Made by a program: the position numbers and the translations under genes | Assembly: GCF_006345805.1 (NCBI RefSeq) | Contig: NC_042999.1 | Location: 56,792,001 to 56,856,000 of the forward strand | DNA: 64,000 bases | DNA from: Octopus sinensis | Taxonomy: Eukaryota | Direction: 5' to 3' | The notes under the pieces: model-generated | The model's input: the letters and a program-made list of their open reading frames with translations, nothing else | What the model was told of the DNA's origin: nothing | The model's database searches: none | In this document: positions 24,801 to 38,157 of the stretch, in pieces | Numbering within the stretch: the stretch's first letter is position 1 | Layout of the letters: every line of letters starts with the position of its first letter

Positions 24801-27800
24801 GAGACTGACAACAGTTCGGTCAACTAAAAATTTAAAAAGTACATTAGTCACGGGAACACAACAAGGGATTTTACCTGTTCCACACTCATCTTTTTCAGTC
24901 ATTACCCAACCTCATCTTGCTAAACAACCCTCATGGATCACAACTCTTACTTTTTCAGAATAAAGTGATATGAATCTTAATTATACTGTATGATCTTTAG
25001 TCTGATGCTCTTTTATTCTCAATCTGCCACTCTCAAATACCTTATTGTTTTTGGTAAAGGGCTTTAGTCTAAAAAGCCCTTTATCTTATGGCACACTTAA
25101 TTTTGTGAACTTTATCAATTGATTTTTTTGCCACGGCAAATGTGATGTCAAATTAATAAAATGATGGCTTTGCTTATTTCCAAAGTCTTTCCATATCACT
25201 AATATTCATAGTAAGGTTAAATATGGTGGTAAGAAAAAAAAATCAGAGGAAACCTTTTTTGAGTATTTCATATGCTATATGCACCTCAATTTTGGCAGGC
25301 TTTTCCATTGTTTCAACATCCAATTCAGAGAGAATTTATTGAGGCAGAATTTCTGTGGTTGGATTCTATTTCTATCGTCAACCACACCTCAGTCCAAGCA
25401 AGGTAATATTTTCTCATGACCAGACATGCTTTTGCAAAATATTGGTAATGAATGACACTGCTTGTATGTCAGTGACACTCATTTACAACTACCACGCAAT
25501 ATTAACACAGAAACATAGTCATACACACATGACAGGATTCTTACAGTTTCCATCTACCAAATCCACTCACAAGTCTTTGGGGCTATAGTAGAAGATACTT
25601 ACCTAAGGTGCCATGTTGTGAGACAGAACCCAAAAACAAATGGATAAAAGGCAAACTTCTTAACCACACAGCCATGCATGAACCTTAACCATACCTTCAC
25701 TTTGTGCAACATAGTCGCACAATATATAAACAATATATAAACAGGCACAGGAGTGGCTGTGTGGTAAGTAGCTTGCTTCCGGGTTCAGTTCCACTGCGTA
25801 GCACCTTGGGCAAGTGTCTTCTACTATAGCCTCGGGCCGACCAAAGCCTTATGAGTGGATTTGGTGGACGGAAACTGAAAGAAGCCCTTCGCATATATAT
25901 ATATGTATGTGTGTGTGTGTGTATATGTTTGTGTGTGTGTTTGTCCCCCCAACATTGCTTGACAACTGATGTTGGTGTGTTTACGTCCCCATAACTTAGC
26001 GGTTCAGCAAAGAGACCGATAGAGTAAGTACTAGGCTTACAAAGAATAAGTCTTGGGGTCGATTTGCTTGACTAAAGGCGGTGCTGCAGCATGGCCGCAG
26101 TCAAATGACTCAAGTAAAAGTGTAAAAGAGAATGTATTTGTATACATGTACAAAGTATATGTATATACACATAGTTGTATAACACATATACAGACTGTAC
26201 AGTTACACACTTTGTAACTTAATATATATATTACAAACTAAAAAAAAATCATTACACTAGGCATTGAAAATATCAAAACGAAATAACACTTAGATACACA
26301 TATACATACACTCCATATACAAACAAATGCCAGAATTTTTCAAAAATTCTGAACTGCTATATAAAAAAAATTCAAGTGTCTTTCATCCTTGTGAACTTAA
26401 TGAAGTAACTACTGAACAAATACTGGATTGATATTAGTTATACTATTGAAGGTGGTGCCCTCTAGCATGGCTACAATCCAATAACTGAGGAAACCAGTAA
26501 AAATATAAAAGAAATAAGTACTTAGCACAGATCAAATTGCAGTTCTAGTTGACCAAACACATGGCACGAATGCAGGTAGTCAGTCAAACAACTAGGTAGG
26601 TTAAACACACGTCTGCTGTTCTCATTTAGGGATCAGTAAATTTCATATATAATAAACCCCTTCATTGTATTGTTGATAGCTTATTGTAACCCCAATCATG
26701 AAGATTTCTTAAATAAAATAATATACAATGATTTGAGAGGAATAGACAAAAAAATTAAAATGCTTATGTCATCATAGTAAGAGTTCTGGTCTACTGACTG
26801 ATCTGATACTCCTAGATGATAGAGAATTGGTATGACTTTTTAGGGATGACATCTGAAAGGATTCCAAAAATCCTTGAAATTGGAGTAAGCAAGGCAGACT
26901 CATCAAACACACTTCTGTGAGCACTTCATACCAAAACTTATATTGCTGTTGTCATAAGTGCAAGCAGCAGAGACAAAGTTTTCAGACACCAAATTTGTCT
27001 GGTCAACAATAAATATTTTGCCTCGCTTACTGCAACTATAAGGATTTTAAAAAATCCTTCCAAATTCCATCCCTAAAGAATCTTACAAATTCTCTATCAT
27101 CTCAGGGCATCAGAGCAGTCAGTAGACCTGTCAGTTTTCTTGCTAAGTTAACCTTGAGGCCCTTAAATTCCAGGTTTTGCTTCCACAACTGAAATTTTTC
27201 ATCTAGCTCTGATATGGAATTCACTATGATGGCAAGATCATCAGCATATAGTCATTCCCATGATGAAAAGGAGGGGACTAAGGTCCAAACCTTAATAAAC
27301 CCTTACCTGTACACCAAATTCTTCCCTTTTACTTGTGGTTAACTCTCACCTTACAGTATCTTCGTACATGGCTTGTACAGCTCTCACCAGCCACTTGTCT
27401 ATACCTAGACTTCTCACAGCCCATCATATCACACAGCAGGGCACTCTACAGAAGGCTTCCTCTAGATCAACAAATGCCAATTATAATGGCTTATTCTTAG
27501 CTAAGTACTTATCTTGCAGTTGCCTGACTATGAAAATAATGTCAGTAGTGTTTCTTCCCCGGACAAAGCAGAACTGCATTTTGTCTAGCCTAATTCTGCT
27601 CCTAACTAACTGGGCAATAACTCTCTAATTTTCATCACCTGGTTCAGCAGATTGATGCCTTTAAAGTTGCTACCCTGTTAGCAGCTAACAATTGTGCTGC
27701 TAAGCCAGTCACCGGGTATCACACCTTGAATGACCTGATTAAACTATGTAGGGTGACCAGCCTGTATCCTATCTTACCGGATAGTTGAAGAAATTGACTC

Positions 27801-30800
27801 TAGTACTTATTTTTGAGGTCTGGTAGTTATCAGTCTCTTTATGTGAACTGCTAAGTTATGATAACTTAAACCAATACCGGTTATCAGCTGTGACTATATC
27901 ATTTTTAAAATTAGTAACCAAATCTCATATCTCACTCTATCATCGTAAAAAGGGGACACACTGGATAGTAATAATGATGATGATGATACAAAAATGATCA
28001 TTGCTTGGAATTGCAAGGGTCCTCTGCAGAGTTCGTGAAGTATGATTAGTAAACAGGTGTCACCTTAGTTAACTGGCTGTGGGTAGCTGACACTTTCCAC
28101 CACATCCAGCAAAATAAAGCTGAGATTTTTCATGAAATAATAATAATAATAATAAATGCCCTGATGCAATACCAGACAGTGGCTCTCATGGTTTCTGATC
28201 TTAACTGATAGGAAGTGTTATCATGTACATTGTTTTATCTTGGTATAAAAGATGGGCGTCAGCAAATATTCTGCTCAATACCACAGATTTGCTTGTCAGT
28301 TGTTTGACCATAACCAGTTGAGCATGTCCCTTAGTGGCTGACGATACGTGCATCTCTGATCACGAGCAGAAGTAGTGGAAGAGCATCATAGCTGTGTGTT
28401 GAAAGGAATTCTTAGAGGTTTGGATAATTCACCTTTGGAAACATGGGTGGATCATTCAATATCCTTAAACAATCCTTATTCAGGGACATCTTGAGCTGGA
28501 TGGGCTACTTGACCAGAAGAAAATTCTAACCGGGCCCCACCTGCAAGGTCATGTGCTGTTTATCTTGAAATGAGATCACCATGTCCCACACATATGGTTA
28601 TGATGCATGTGCCTAGTGTACCTTTATCAGACGGGTAGTCATGATGGATATACTGGGCTTGGTATATTTTACCCCAGTGTCACTTTGATGGCTTGCACTA
28701 CTCTCTCACTCAATAATAATATTAATAATAATAAAAACTACAGTTTTCAAGACTGAGGTACCCTTGATCGAAACGTTTGAACACCAACAACAGCAGTAGC
28801 AGTAATATGAATTTTACATTTCTGAATGAAATAAGCAAACAAACATTTACAAGAACATAACGATAAATAATGTAAATATATACACAATAATTACCATACA
28901 AGTAAATAATGGCAAACGTGCGTGTATGTATAAATATGTGTGAGTGTGTGCGTATACATACACATATACATTATATTTAAGGAGGTGAGCTGGCAGAATC
29001 GTTAGCATGTCAGGTAAAGTGATTAGTGACATTTCATCTGTATTTGCACTCTCGGTTCAAATGCCGCCAGGGTCATTCTACCTGGTCAGCTCCTGTCAAC
29101 CATCCTCCCCATGCATGCATGGAAGATGGATATTAAATGATGAGGATGACAATGACAAGCTTCTTTCAGTTTCTGTCTACCAAATCCACTTACAAGGTTT
29201 TGGTCAACCTGAGGCCATAGCAGAAGACACTTGCACAAAGTGCTATGCAATGGGATTGAAACCAAAACAGTGTGGTTGGGAAGCAAGAATCTTACCACAC
29301 AGACAATATATATATATATATATATACATCATCGTTTAATGCCTGTTTTCCATGCTAGCATGGGTTGGACGGTTCGACCGGGATCTGGGAAGCCAGGAGG
29401 CTACACCAGGCTCCAGTCTGATCTGGCAGTGTTTCTACAGCTGGATGCCCTTCCTAACGCCAACCACTCCGTGAGTATAGTGGGTGTTTTTTGTACGTGC
29501 TACCGGCACAGGGGCCAGAGGAGGCTGGCAAACGGCCACGATCGGTTGGTGCTTTTATGTGTTACCGACATGGACGCCAGTCAGGCGGCACTGGCATCTG
29601 TCACGTTCAGACAATGCTTTTTATGTGTCACCGGCACAGATATATATATATATAGGAGATGACAAATGACTGCAACAAACTCAAAGTATTATGCTGAAGA
29701 AGACCAATCCAAATCAGGTAGCATGGAGGGATGTGGCTACTGAGTTGGTGGTGGTGACGAGGGATGGGTTGGGTGGTGATGTTTTGTTATGAAAACTCAA
29801 ACATAAATGCTAAGATATACAAACACACATTGAGAGACTACAACATTCAAGAAATACAGATATACTCATAGACAGACAACTATATATACACATTATGCAT
29901 ACTCACACATAGATATATACATAGAGCTGTACACTCATGAAACACATACAATACAGTTATACTCACAGTCAGACCTCTATGCATGTTACATACACACACA
30001 CACACGAGGTCAGTTACACCAAATAAGGACTGACCTGGGATATGATGATTCATTCAACCTATACCAGTATGGAAAAAATTGTGGTAAAAATGGTGATGAT
30101 ATTTTATATTATACTAGCACTATGACCCGGCATTTTGCCGTTTATATATAGAGAGATATAAGGAGGTGAGTTGGCAGAATCATTAGCATGCTGGGTAAAA
30201 TGATTAGTGACATTTTTTCTGTCATTATGTTTTGGGTTCAAATGCTGCCAGGGTTGACTTTGCCTTTCATCCTTCCCAGGTTGATAAAATAAGTACCAGT
30301 TGAGCACTGGGGTCAATGGGATCTACTTAGCCCCTCTCCCAAAATTGCTGGCTTTGTGTCAAAATTTGAAGCCAATATCCTATGTCCTCCATCTTCCACC
30401 AGATCATCCTGTCAGGGCTTTACTCTCATTTGAGGTAGCAGCTACAGGCTGCTGGAGGTATCATGGCAGGCCCCGCACCAGATGGGTGGACATGATTGGG
30501 GAAGATCTCCAGAGGCTCGACATCACTGTGGAGGATGCAGGAGAGCTGGCACAGGGACCACCAGTGATGGAAAGCACTAGTGGATCTAGTTGGCTCTACA
30601 CATGATGATGTCTGAGTCTGAGACCACCAACTTGGAATGACCCCAGCCCAATCAAGCAAGACCAGGACCTACCTAGTAGTCAAAAGAAAACAGAACACTA
30701 CTAATCGGAAAGTGGCCATCTTTAATATAGAGAGAGAAAGTAAAAAAGATGTAGGAGGATTGCTAGCAGGCTGACAAAGGATTTCCTATCTTAAAAATGC

Positions 30801-33800
30801 ATAGGAATAGTTAGTTGATGGCAAGAGCGGAGGTAAGTGTCGCAAAAGCATAGTAATCAAGGTAAGGATGAAGTGAAGAATGTTCAGGGAATTTATCTAC
30901 TTTGTCAGTAACAAAGAACTTCTTTCTGCAAATGAAGAGTAGACTGTACAACACTTTTATACAAAGTGTGGTACAATATATGGTAGTGCTCATGGGCACT
31001 GTGCATGGGGATATATTAAAAGCTGAAAAGAAATGGAGTATGCTCCACTAGGTGTGTGAGAGTAATGTGCAAGAACAGCAGAGCACCAGTGTGTTGGGTG
31101 AAAAACTCCAGCTTTAGAGGTATCAGAATAAATGATTCAGAGACAGTTAATTCTTGTATTATATCAACCTGCTTGAGGCTACTTCTGTTTTAAATTAAAA
31201 TATTCCACCATGACTTATAAATAAAAACCTCTTTTATGTTCCAAACACCACCATAATAATGAAAAAGTTATTTGACTAAATTCCCATCAATTTCTTGATT
31301 ATTTAAAAAAAATTAATTGAAACACAAAATAGTCACAAAAGGGTTCAGTAAGTATTGAACGACAGAGACCGTCTCTTTGTGGCTGGTGACTTCAATGGGC
31401 ATGTTGGACAACATGCTGGAGGCTTCTATGGCGTACATGGAGGCTACGGTTATGGTTCCCGCAATGAGGAGGGAGCCAGGCTGCTGGAGTTCTGTGATGC
31501 AAATGATCTTATGGTTTACAACACTAACATCAGGAAACCTACCAGCCACCTAGTCACCTACCGATCGAGCCGACATACTAGCCAAATTGACTACATCCTT
31601 GCCAGAAAAAGGGAAAGATGGCTGCTTATAAATACCAAAACCTTCCCAGATGAAGAATGTACCCAACAACATAGACTGGTTGTTAGTGACTTTAGGATCA
31701 GGACTAAGAGGACAACCAGAAGACGACCAGCATGGAGAAGAAGGGTCTGGAAGCTAAAAGATCTTGCAAATGGACAGAGATTTAGAGACATATTACTTGA
31801 AGCCTTTGACGAAATAGAAGGGGATATAGTTTCACATGGAGTAGAAGACAACTGGAGGTTTCTAAGGGACAACCTGCTGAGAGCCACTGACCAGATCTGT
31901 AGATGGTGCAAAGTCCCATATAAACCCAAAATAACGTGGTTGTGGAACAACATTGTAGACAGGGCTATCAGAGAAAAGAGACAGGCTTGGAAGGGCTGGA
32001 AGAATGGTGGTAGCAGGGAATCATATCAGACTGCCAGAAGAGAAGCTAGGAGACAGGTCTATTTAGCCAGAGGGGAAGCAGATAAGAAAAAATTTGCCAA
32101 TGTTCTGCGCTGTGAGGACCAAAGACTTGAGGTATTTCGTGTTGCAAGGCAGTGTGTGAGAGAGAATCGTGATGTGGTAGGAGAGAAATGTGTTCACATG
32201 GATGATGGTTCACTTGCGCTAAATGAGGCTGCAAAGAGAGAGGTTTGGAGACGCCACTATGAAAGGTTGCTGAACAAAGAAAATGAATGTGAGAAAGAGA
32301 GTCTGCCGATTGTCGACCCAACAGAGGGATCAGCTATCCAATTTGACAGTACCTTGATAGTTAAAGCAATTAAAAGTATGAAGACAGGGAAAGCCCCCGG
32401 CCCATCAGGAATTACTGCAGAGATGCTCAAAATAACTGGCAGTGTCGGCATTAGCCTGGTCACCCATATAGTTAACCAGGTGAGTCATACCCAATGACTC
32501 GTGTAGCAGCACTATAGTCAACTGCTACAAAGGAAAAGGTGACGCTTTAGATACAAATAATTACAGAGGTATCAAGCTCTTGGATCAGGTAATGAAGACC
32601 ACGGTGAGGGTCATAGCCCAACTAATTAGGGAGAGAGTCAGTTTAGATGAGATGCAGTTTGGTTTCATACCAGGGAAAAGCACCACTGATGCTATATTTC
32701 TGGTTAGACAGTTGCAGGAGAAATACCTAGCCATAGATAAGCCCCTGTACCTGGCTTTCGTTGACATGGACAAAGCCATTGAAAGGGTCCCCTGATCCCT
32801 TATCTGGTGGTCAATGAGAAAACTAGGGATAGATGAATGGTTAGTGAGAGCCGTGCAAGCCATGTACAGGGACGCTGTCAGTAAGGTGAGGGCTGGTAAC
32901 AAGTACAGTGAAGAATTCTGGGTAGAGGTAGGGGTCCACCAAGGTTCAGTCCTAAGCCCCCTCCTATTTATCATAGTCCTCCAGGCAATAACAGAGGAAT
33001 TCAAGACAGGATGCCCCTGGGAGCTCCTCTATGCTGATGACCTTGCTCTAATTGCTGAGTCACTAACAGAACTAGAAGAGAAGTTTCAAGTGTGGAAAGA
33101 AGGATTAGAATTGAAGGGCCTTAGTGTCAACCTAGCTAAAACCAAAGTCCTAATATGTAGGAAAGCAGGCAAACCACAAATTCCTTCAGGTAAATGGCCC
33201 TGCTCGATCTGTAGAAAAGGTGTAGATAGAAACTCTATAAGATGTACCCTGTGTAAGCTATGGACACATAAGTGCAGCAATATCAAAGGAAGGCTAACTG
33301 GGAGGATAGTTTCTGTATGTGGTAGATGCTTGAGAGCTATATATAACACTGAAAATGTGCAGAGAACAACTTCCGCCACATTCCAGGGAGAAAAACTAGA
33401 AGTAGTTGATAGCTTCCGTTACCTAGGTGACCAAATCAGTAGCAGAGGAGGGGGCACTGAAAGTGTAGCTGCTAGAATAAGAATAGCCTGGGCTAAGTTC
33501 AGAGAGCTCTTACCTCTGCTGGTGACAAAGGGCCTCTTGCTCAGAGTAAAAGGTAGACTGTAAGATGCATGTGTACGAACAGCCATGCTACATGGCAGTG
33601 AAACATGGGCTGTGACTGCTGAGGATATGCGTAAGCTCGCAAGGAATGAAGCCAGCATGCTCCGATGGATGTTTAAGTACCCTGAGAGAAAGGTTGGACC
33701 TAAGAAGCATCAGATGTGGTGTGCAAAAGAGACGACTGCGCTGGTATGGTCATGTGTCGAGAATGGATGTAGATAGCTGTGTGCAAAAGTGCCACACCCT

Positions 33801-36800
33801 AGCAGTTGAGGGAACCTATGGAAGAGGTAGACCCAGGAAGACCTGGGATGAGGTGGTGAAGCATGACCTGCAAACATTGGGCCTCAGTGAGGCAATGACT
33901 AGTGACCGGGACCTCTGGAAATATGCTGTGCTGCAGAAGACTCGGCAAGCGCAAGTGTGACCATAACCTTGTGGCCTATGCTAGGGGGTAACCAGTCCAC
34001 TTATGCATGCCTTCTCTTCATTGGACACTAAACTCTGCTTGTGAAGACCAGTTGAGGCAAGTGAAATTGAAGTCGAAATCAAACTCGGTGACTGGCATCC
34101 GTTGCTAGTGGAGCGCTAAGAGTACCATATGAGTGAGATCGTTGTCTGAGCAACAAACTGGCCTTCGTGCCGGTGGCACATTAAGCACACCATTCGAGCG
34201 TGATCGTTACCGCGTCGCCTTACTAGCACTTGTGCTGGTGGCACATGAAGCATTCGAGCGAGGACGTCACCAGTGCCGCTGGACTGGCTCCTGTGCAGGT
34301 GGCACGTAAAAAGCACCATTTGGATGTGGCCGTTGCCAGTACCACCAAACTGGCCCCCGTGCCGGTGGCACGTAAAAGCACCCGCTACACTCTCGGAGTG
34401 GTTGGCGTTAGGAAGGGTATCCAGCTGTAGAAACTGCCAGATCAGATTGGAGTCTGGTTCGCTAGACCTCAGTCAAATCGTCCAACCCATGCTAGCATGG
34501 AAAGCGGATGTTAAATGATGATGATGATATTCAATGCAGAGAGCCAAGACTGTGAGATAGTGAAACACATAAGGCTAACAAGTGACAAAAATATCTTGGG
34601 CCTAAAAGAAACCATCTGAATTTCAGTCAGATGTAGATGTGATTTCCATATAGAGGAGGAAAGATCTGTCTTGGTATAGTTTTATACACAAGATTTTATG
34701 GGAATTAGCAGAAAAAAAACAAAACAACTTTGGTCTATAATGATATGAAGTTTTATGAAATTTATGAAACTATAATGAACAAAGTTATAAGAATTGTGTA
34801 AACAGTAAAATAATAATGGAGAAACACAAATGATGGCAGCAAGGGAAAATAAATAATAATGAGAACAGTAATTCTTTTAGGCTGAGTAAACCAAATTTTA
34901 TAAAACAGACACATCTCTCAATTTCAGTGGCATGTGTTCCTGTCATTGAATCAATGGAACTGTTTATTCATTGATTATAATGCAAATGGCAAAGTATTTT
35001 AGACACTGGTACCATTGACTTAATACCAGAGTAGGATCAGTGACACATTATATGATATGACTGGCTGATTATTTAATATCCTTCACAAGATTCAGGCTGA
35101 CTCAAGGCCATGAAATAAAAGACTTGTTCAAGGTACTTTGCAGCAAAATCAAAACTTTTTGATTCAGAAAATTCTTAACTGTATTCTGCTCTTGAAGCAT
35201 AATACAGAAAGGACATGACAAGACAAAACTCACAAAAGTGACCACTGTAAACCTGAAAAACAGATTGTTGACTATGGTGGTGGTGATGATGATGATGATG
35301 ACAGCAATAACAGGTGACAATGACAAAATTTTACAAAAGAATTAGGTCAACTACCTGGATCTGCTTTGCTACATTTGTGCAACCATGTGTATTTTGTCAT
35401 AATTTGCCGATAAAGATCCTGACCATAACTTTCAAAAGCAGTTGTCCCCAACAGTTTCACATTATCTTCAAATTCCTACATTTTTCAAAGAAAAAAAAAC
35501 AAGAAATAACAATAAAACAAAATAATTAAGCTTCATCAATTAATCAAAGACAAAACAAAAAGAGGCAATGCAGTTGGAACATTAAACATCAATAACAATA
35601 ACAAACATAAGGACTATTACCTTGGAAATATTTAATAAGACTTTATATTACATGTAAAATGATCCTTTCCAATGGTGTTAAAGCAACTGGAAGGAAACAT
35701 GACTGGTTGACATATGGGTTCTGCATAACTATAACCAAAAGATCTCATATGCAGAGATGAAGAATTTTCGGCTGTGGATTATGTTCCATGGACTGTGATG
35801 AATGCAAGAAACTGGACCAGGTATTGTCAGATACAGTGACTGAAAGAAGTGGCTATAGTAGCCACTGCAGCTCATTCAATTTCAACCAGTCCTGGAAGGT
35901 TGATTTATGTCTTTTGATCAGAATGGCTTCTTTAATCTGTAGGTTACCAACTATACTGACTGTGGTTTTGAGTGACTGCCCTATCTTTATTTATGTTCCT
36001 AAATTTATCAAAGTGTTTCATGAACAATGATGTCCATCTAGAGATGTTTGTTGATTCAGATATTACATAGCACTGGCTATGTAATATTCATGACTGAACC
36101 TGGTACACACATAGCAGATGGGGTAGTTGGCCACAATGTATAGGTTTGTCATTGGAGAGTTACTTCTGAGATGAACATTTCCATAGGTGAAAGTCAGTGA
36201 ACAGTTGCATTTCCAGCTCTTCTTTATGGATAGCCTTGTAGGAAACAGCAGTTATACTATCACTAAAGAGTAGAAAACAGGTGTTGGAAGAGGTTTTCCA
36301 TTTCTTGCTTGAGAACTCTGAAGATGACTAACAACAGATGCTAAGAATTCATTTTTGACTTTCAGCATCTTCTGGAACCGTGTGATATGGAAAGCCCATT
36401 CTTTTGTCTCACTGCATTCAAGGCAGATATAATGAAGTTCTTTGTATATACCTAGTCAAACACTGATAGGAAGAACTGGTCTGTAGCAGACAGATAGATT
36501 TCTGATGATGGCTTTTTTGTAGATGTCTGCTCTATCTGTAATTGCAAGTTAGCTTTTCTGAATTAAATTGTACATTAAAAAATATACATGGTTGAATGAT
36601 GAAATTAATAATTCTTTGCAAGTTTGGCAGAAGGCCAGGAAAAAATTAATAAATAATAACATTCAAGAAGTGCTTATGAGGTACCCTATTTCTTTATATT
36701 TTTCCTCGTATGTTTTCATTGGTTCCAGTCATTAGACTCTGACAGTATTGGAGCACTGTCTTGAAAGATAGAGTTGTTTAAAACAACCATGGTACTTGAC

Positions 36801-38103
36801 TGGCATTTATTTTATTAATTATGAGAAGATGACCAGCAAAGTCAACCTGGACAGTTCCTTTTTTTTAATTATTATTTAGAGCATAGAGGAAGGTATTTAG
36901 AGCATAAATACCATGAACAGCTACCACGGGCTACTTTGTGAGGTGTTCTACCAATCATGACATACCATTTCAATATTATGAATGAGAGCCAACAAAGCAA
37001 CATAATACGGTTACTAAACCTGTAAGAAATAGTTGCCATATTTCCCTCAAATTCTACCCCACTGTGTGGTGGCCTGTGAGCCTCAATGACTGAGACATAG
37101 AGCTATTCCAGTGGAGCACAAGCCCCTGGTAGAGCTTCTCTTGCTGGACAGGAGAACAGAAACAGGCCGGACAAATATAGACCACTTCTTCCAGAGGTAA
37201 AAAATGGGTCTGCATAGGGCTGATACATCATCATCATCGTTTAACGTCCGTTTTCCATGCTAGCATGAGTTGGACGGTTCAACTGGGGGTCTGGGAAGCC
37301 AGAAGGCTGCACCAGGCCCAGTCTGATCTGGCAGTGTTTCTAAAGCTGGATGCCCTTCCTAACGCCAACCACTCTGAGAGTGTAGTGGGTACTTTTTATG
37401 TGCCACCTGCACATACACTGTCTAGAAAAAAAAAACAGTTACAGAAGCACTGATGACAATTCAAAACCAGCAACACCTGGGAGAAGGCCTCTCAGAGAAA
37501 TGATGTGATGCAACAAAATCTGAATGGAAACCAATATCCGGTATTATACATCAGGCTCTGACCTGGAACTTACAAGGAAGGTGGAAGAGAAGACACCCTA
37601 AATCTAGATGGAGGGGGGATACGGAGGTAGAAATCAAAAAGGAGGGATCCTAATGGATAAAAACAGAAGAGATAGTCCAGAGTCAAGAAAAGTGGAGAAA
37701 ATTGTCTATGGGCTATATTCAATTGGGAATGATGGGCTTAAGTAAGAAACTCTATATCTTGGCAAAAAAAGACAGGGTTGTAACAACTGGAATGTTTCTG
37801 ATCATAGGGTTAGCTTGATCAGGACTCCTTGGGTTAAAATAATAATCCACTCACCTTTGATAGCACCATATTGTTTCCAAAGGATGTTTCATCAAAGTAA
37901 ACAGTTGCTAATTGCTCTGAAATGATGATATAAAAATATTAAGGTTAGAAGATTTACTTTTTGCCTTTTATATTACAAATAGTGAAGAATAACAGATCAC
38001 ACTTTCTCAATGGATCAATCTATGCAGGAACTTTGTTCAAAAAGAACAATTTCAGAAATATTTCTTGTTGATGTGTACAACTTTTGCCTATGTATATTGG
38101 TGA

Positions 38104-38157
<54 letters not shown>

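Noticed and set aside
31159-31184. Short phase-1 terminal exon (EVASSRLI*) in NHEJ1 intron 5
   Set aside because: Weak polypyrimidine tract and only 8 codons; expected by chance.
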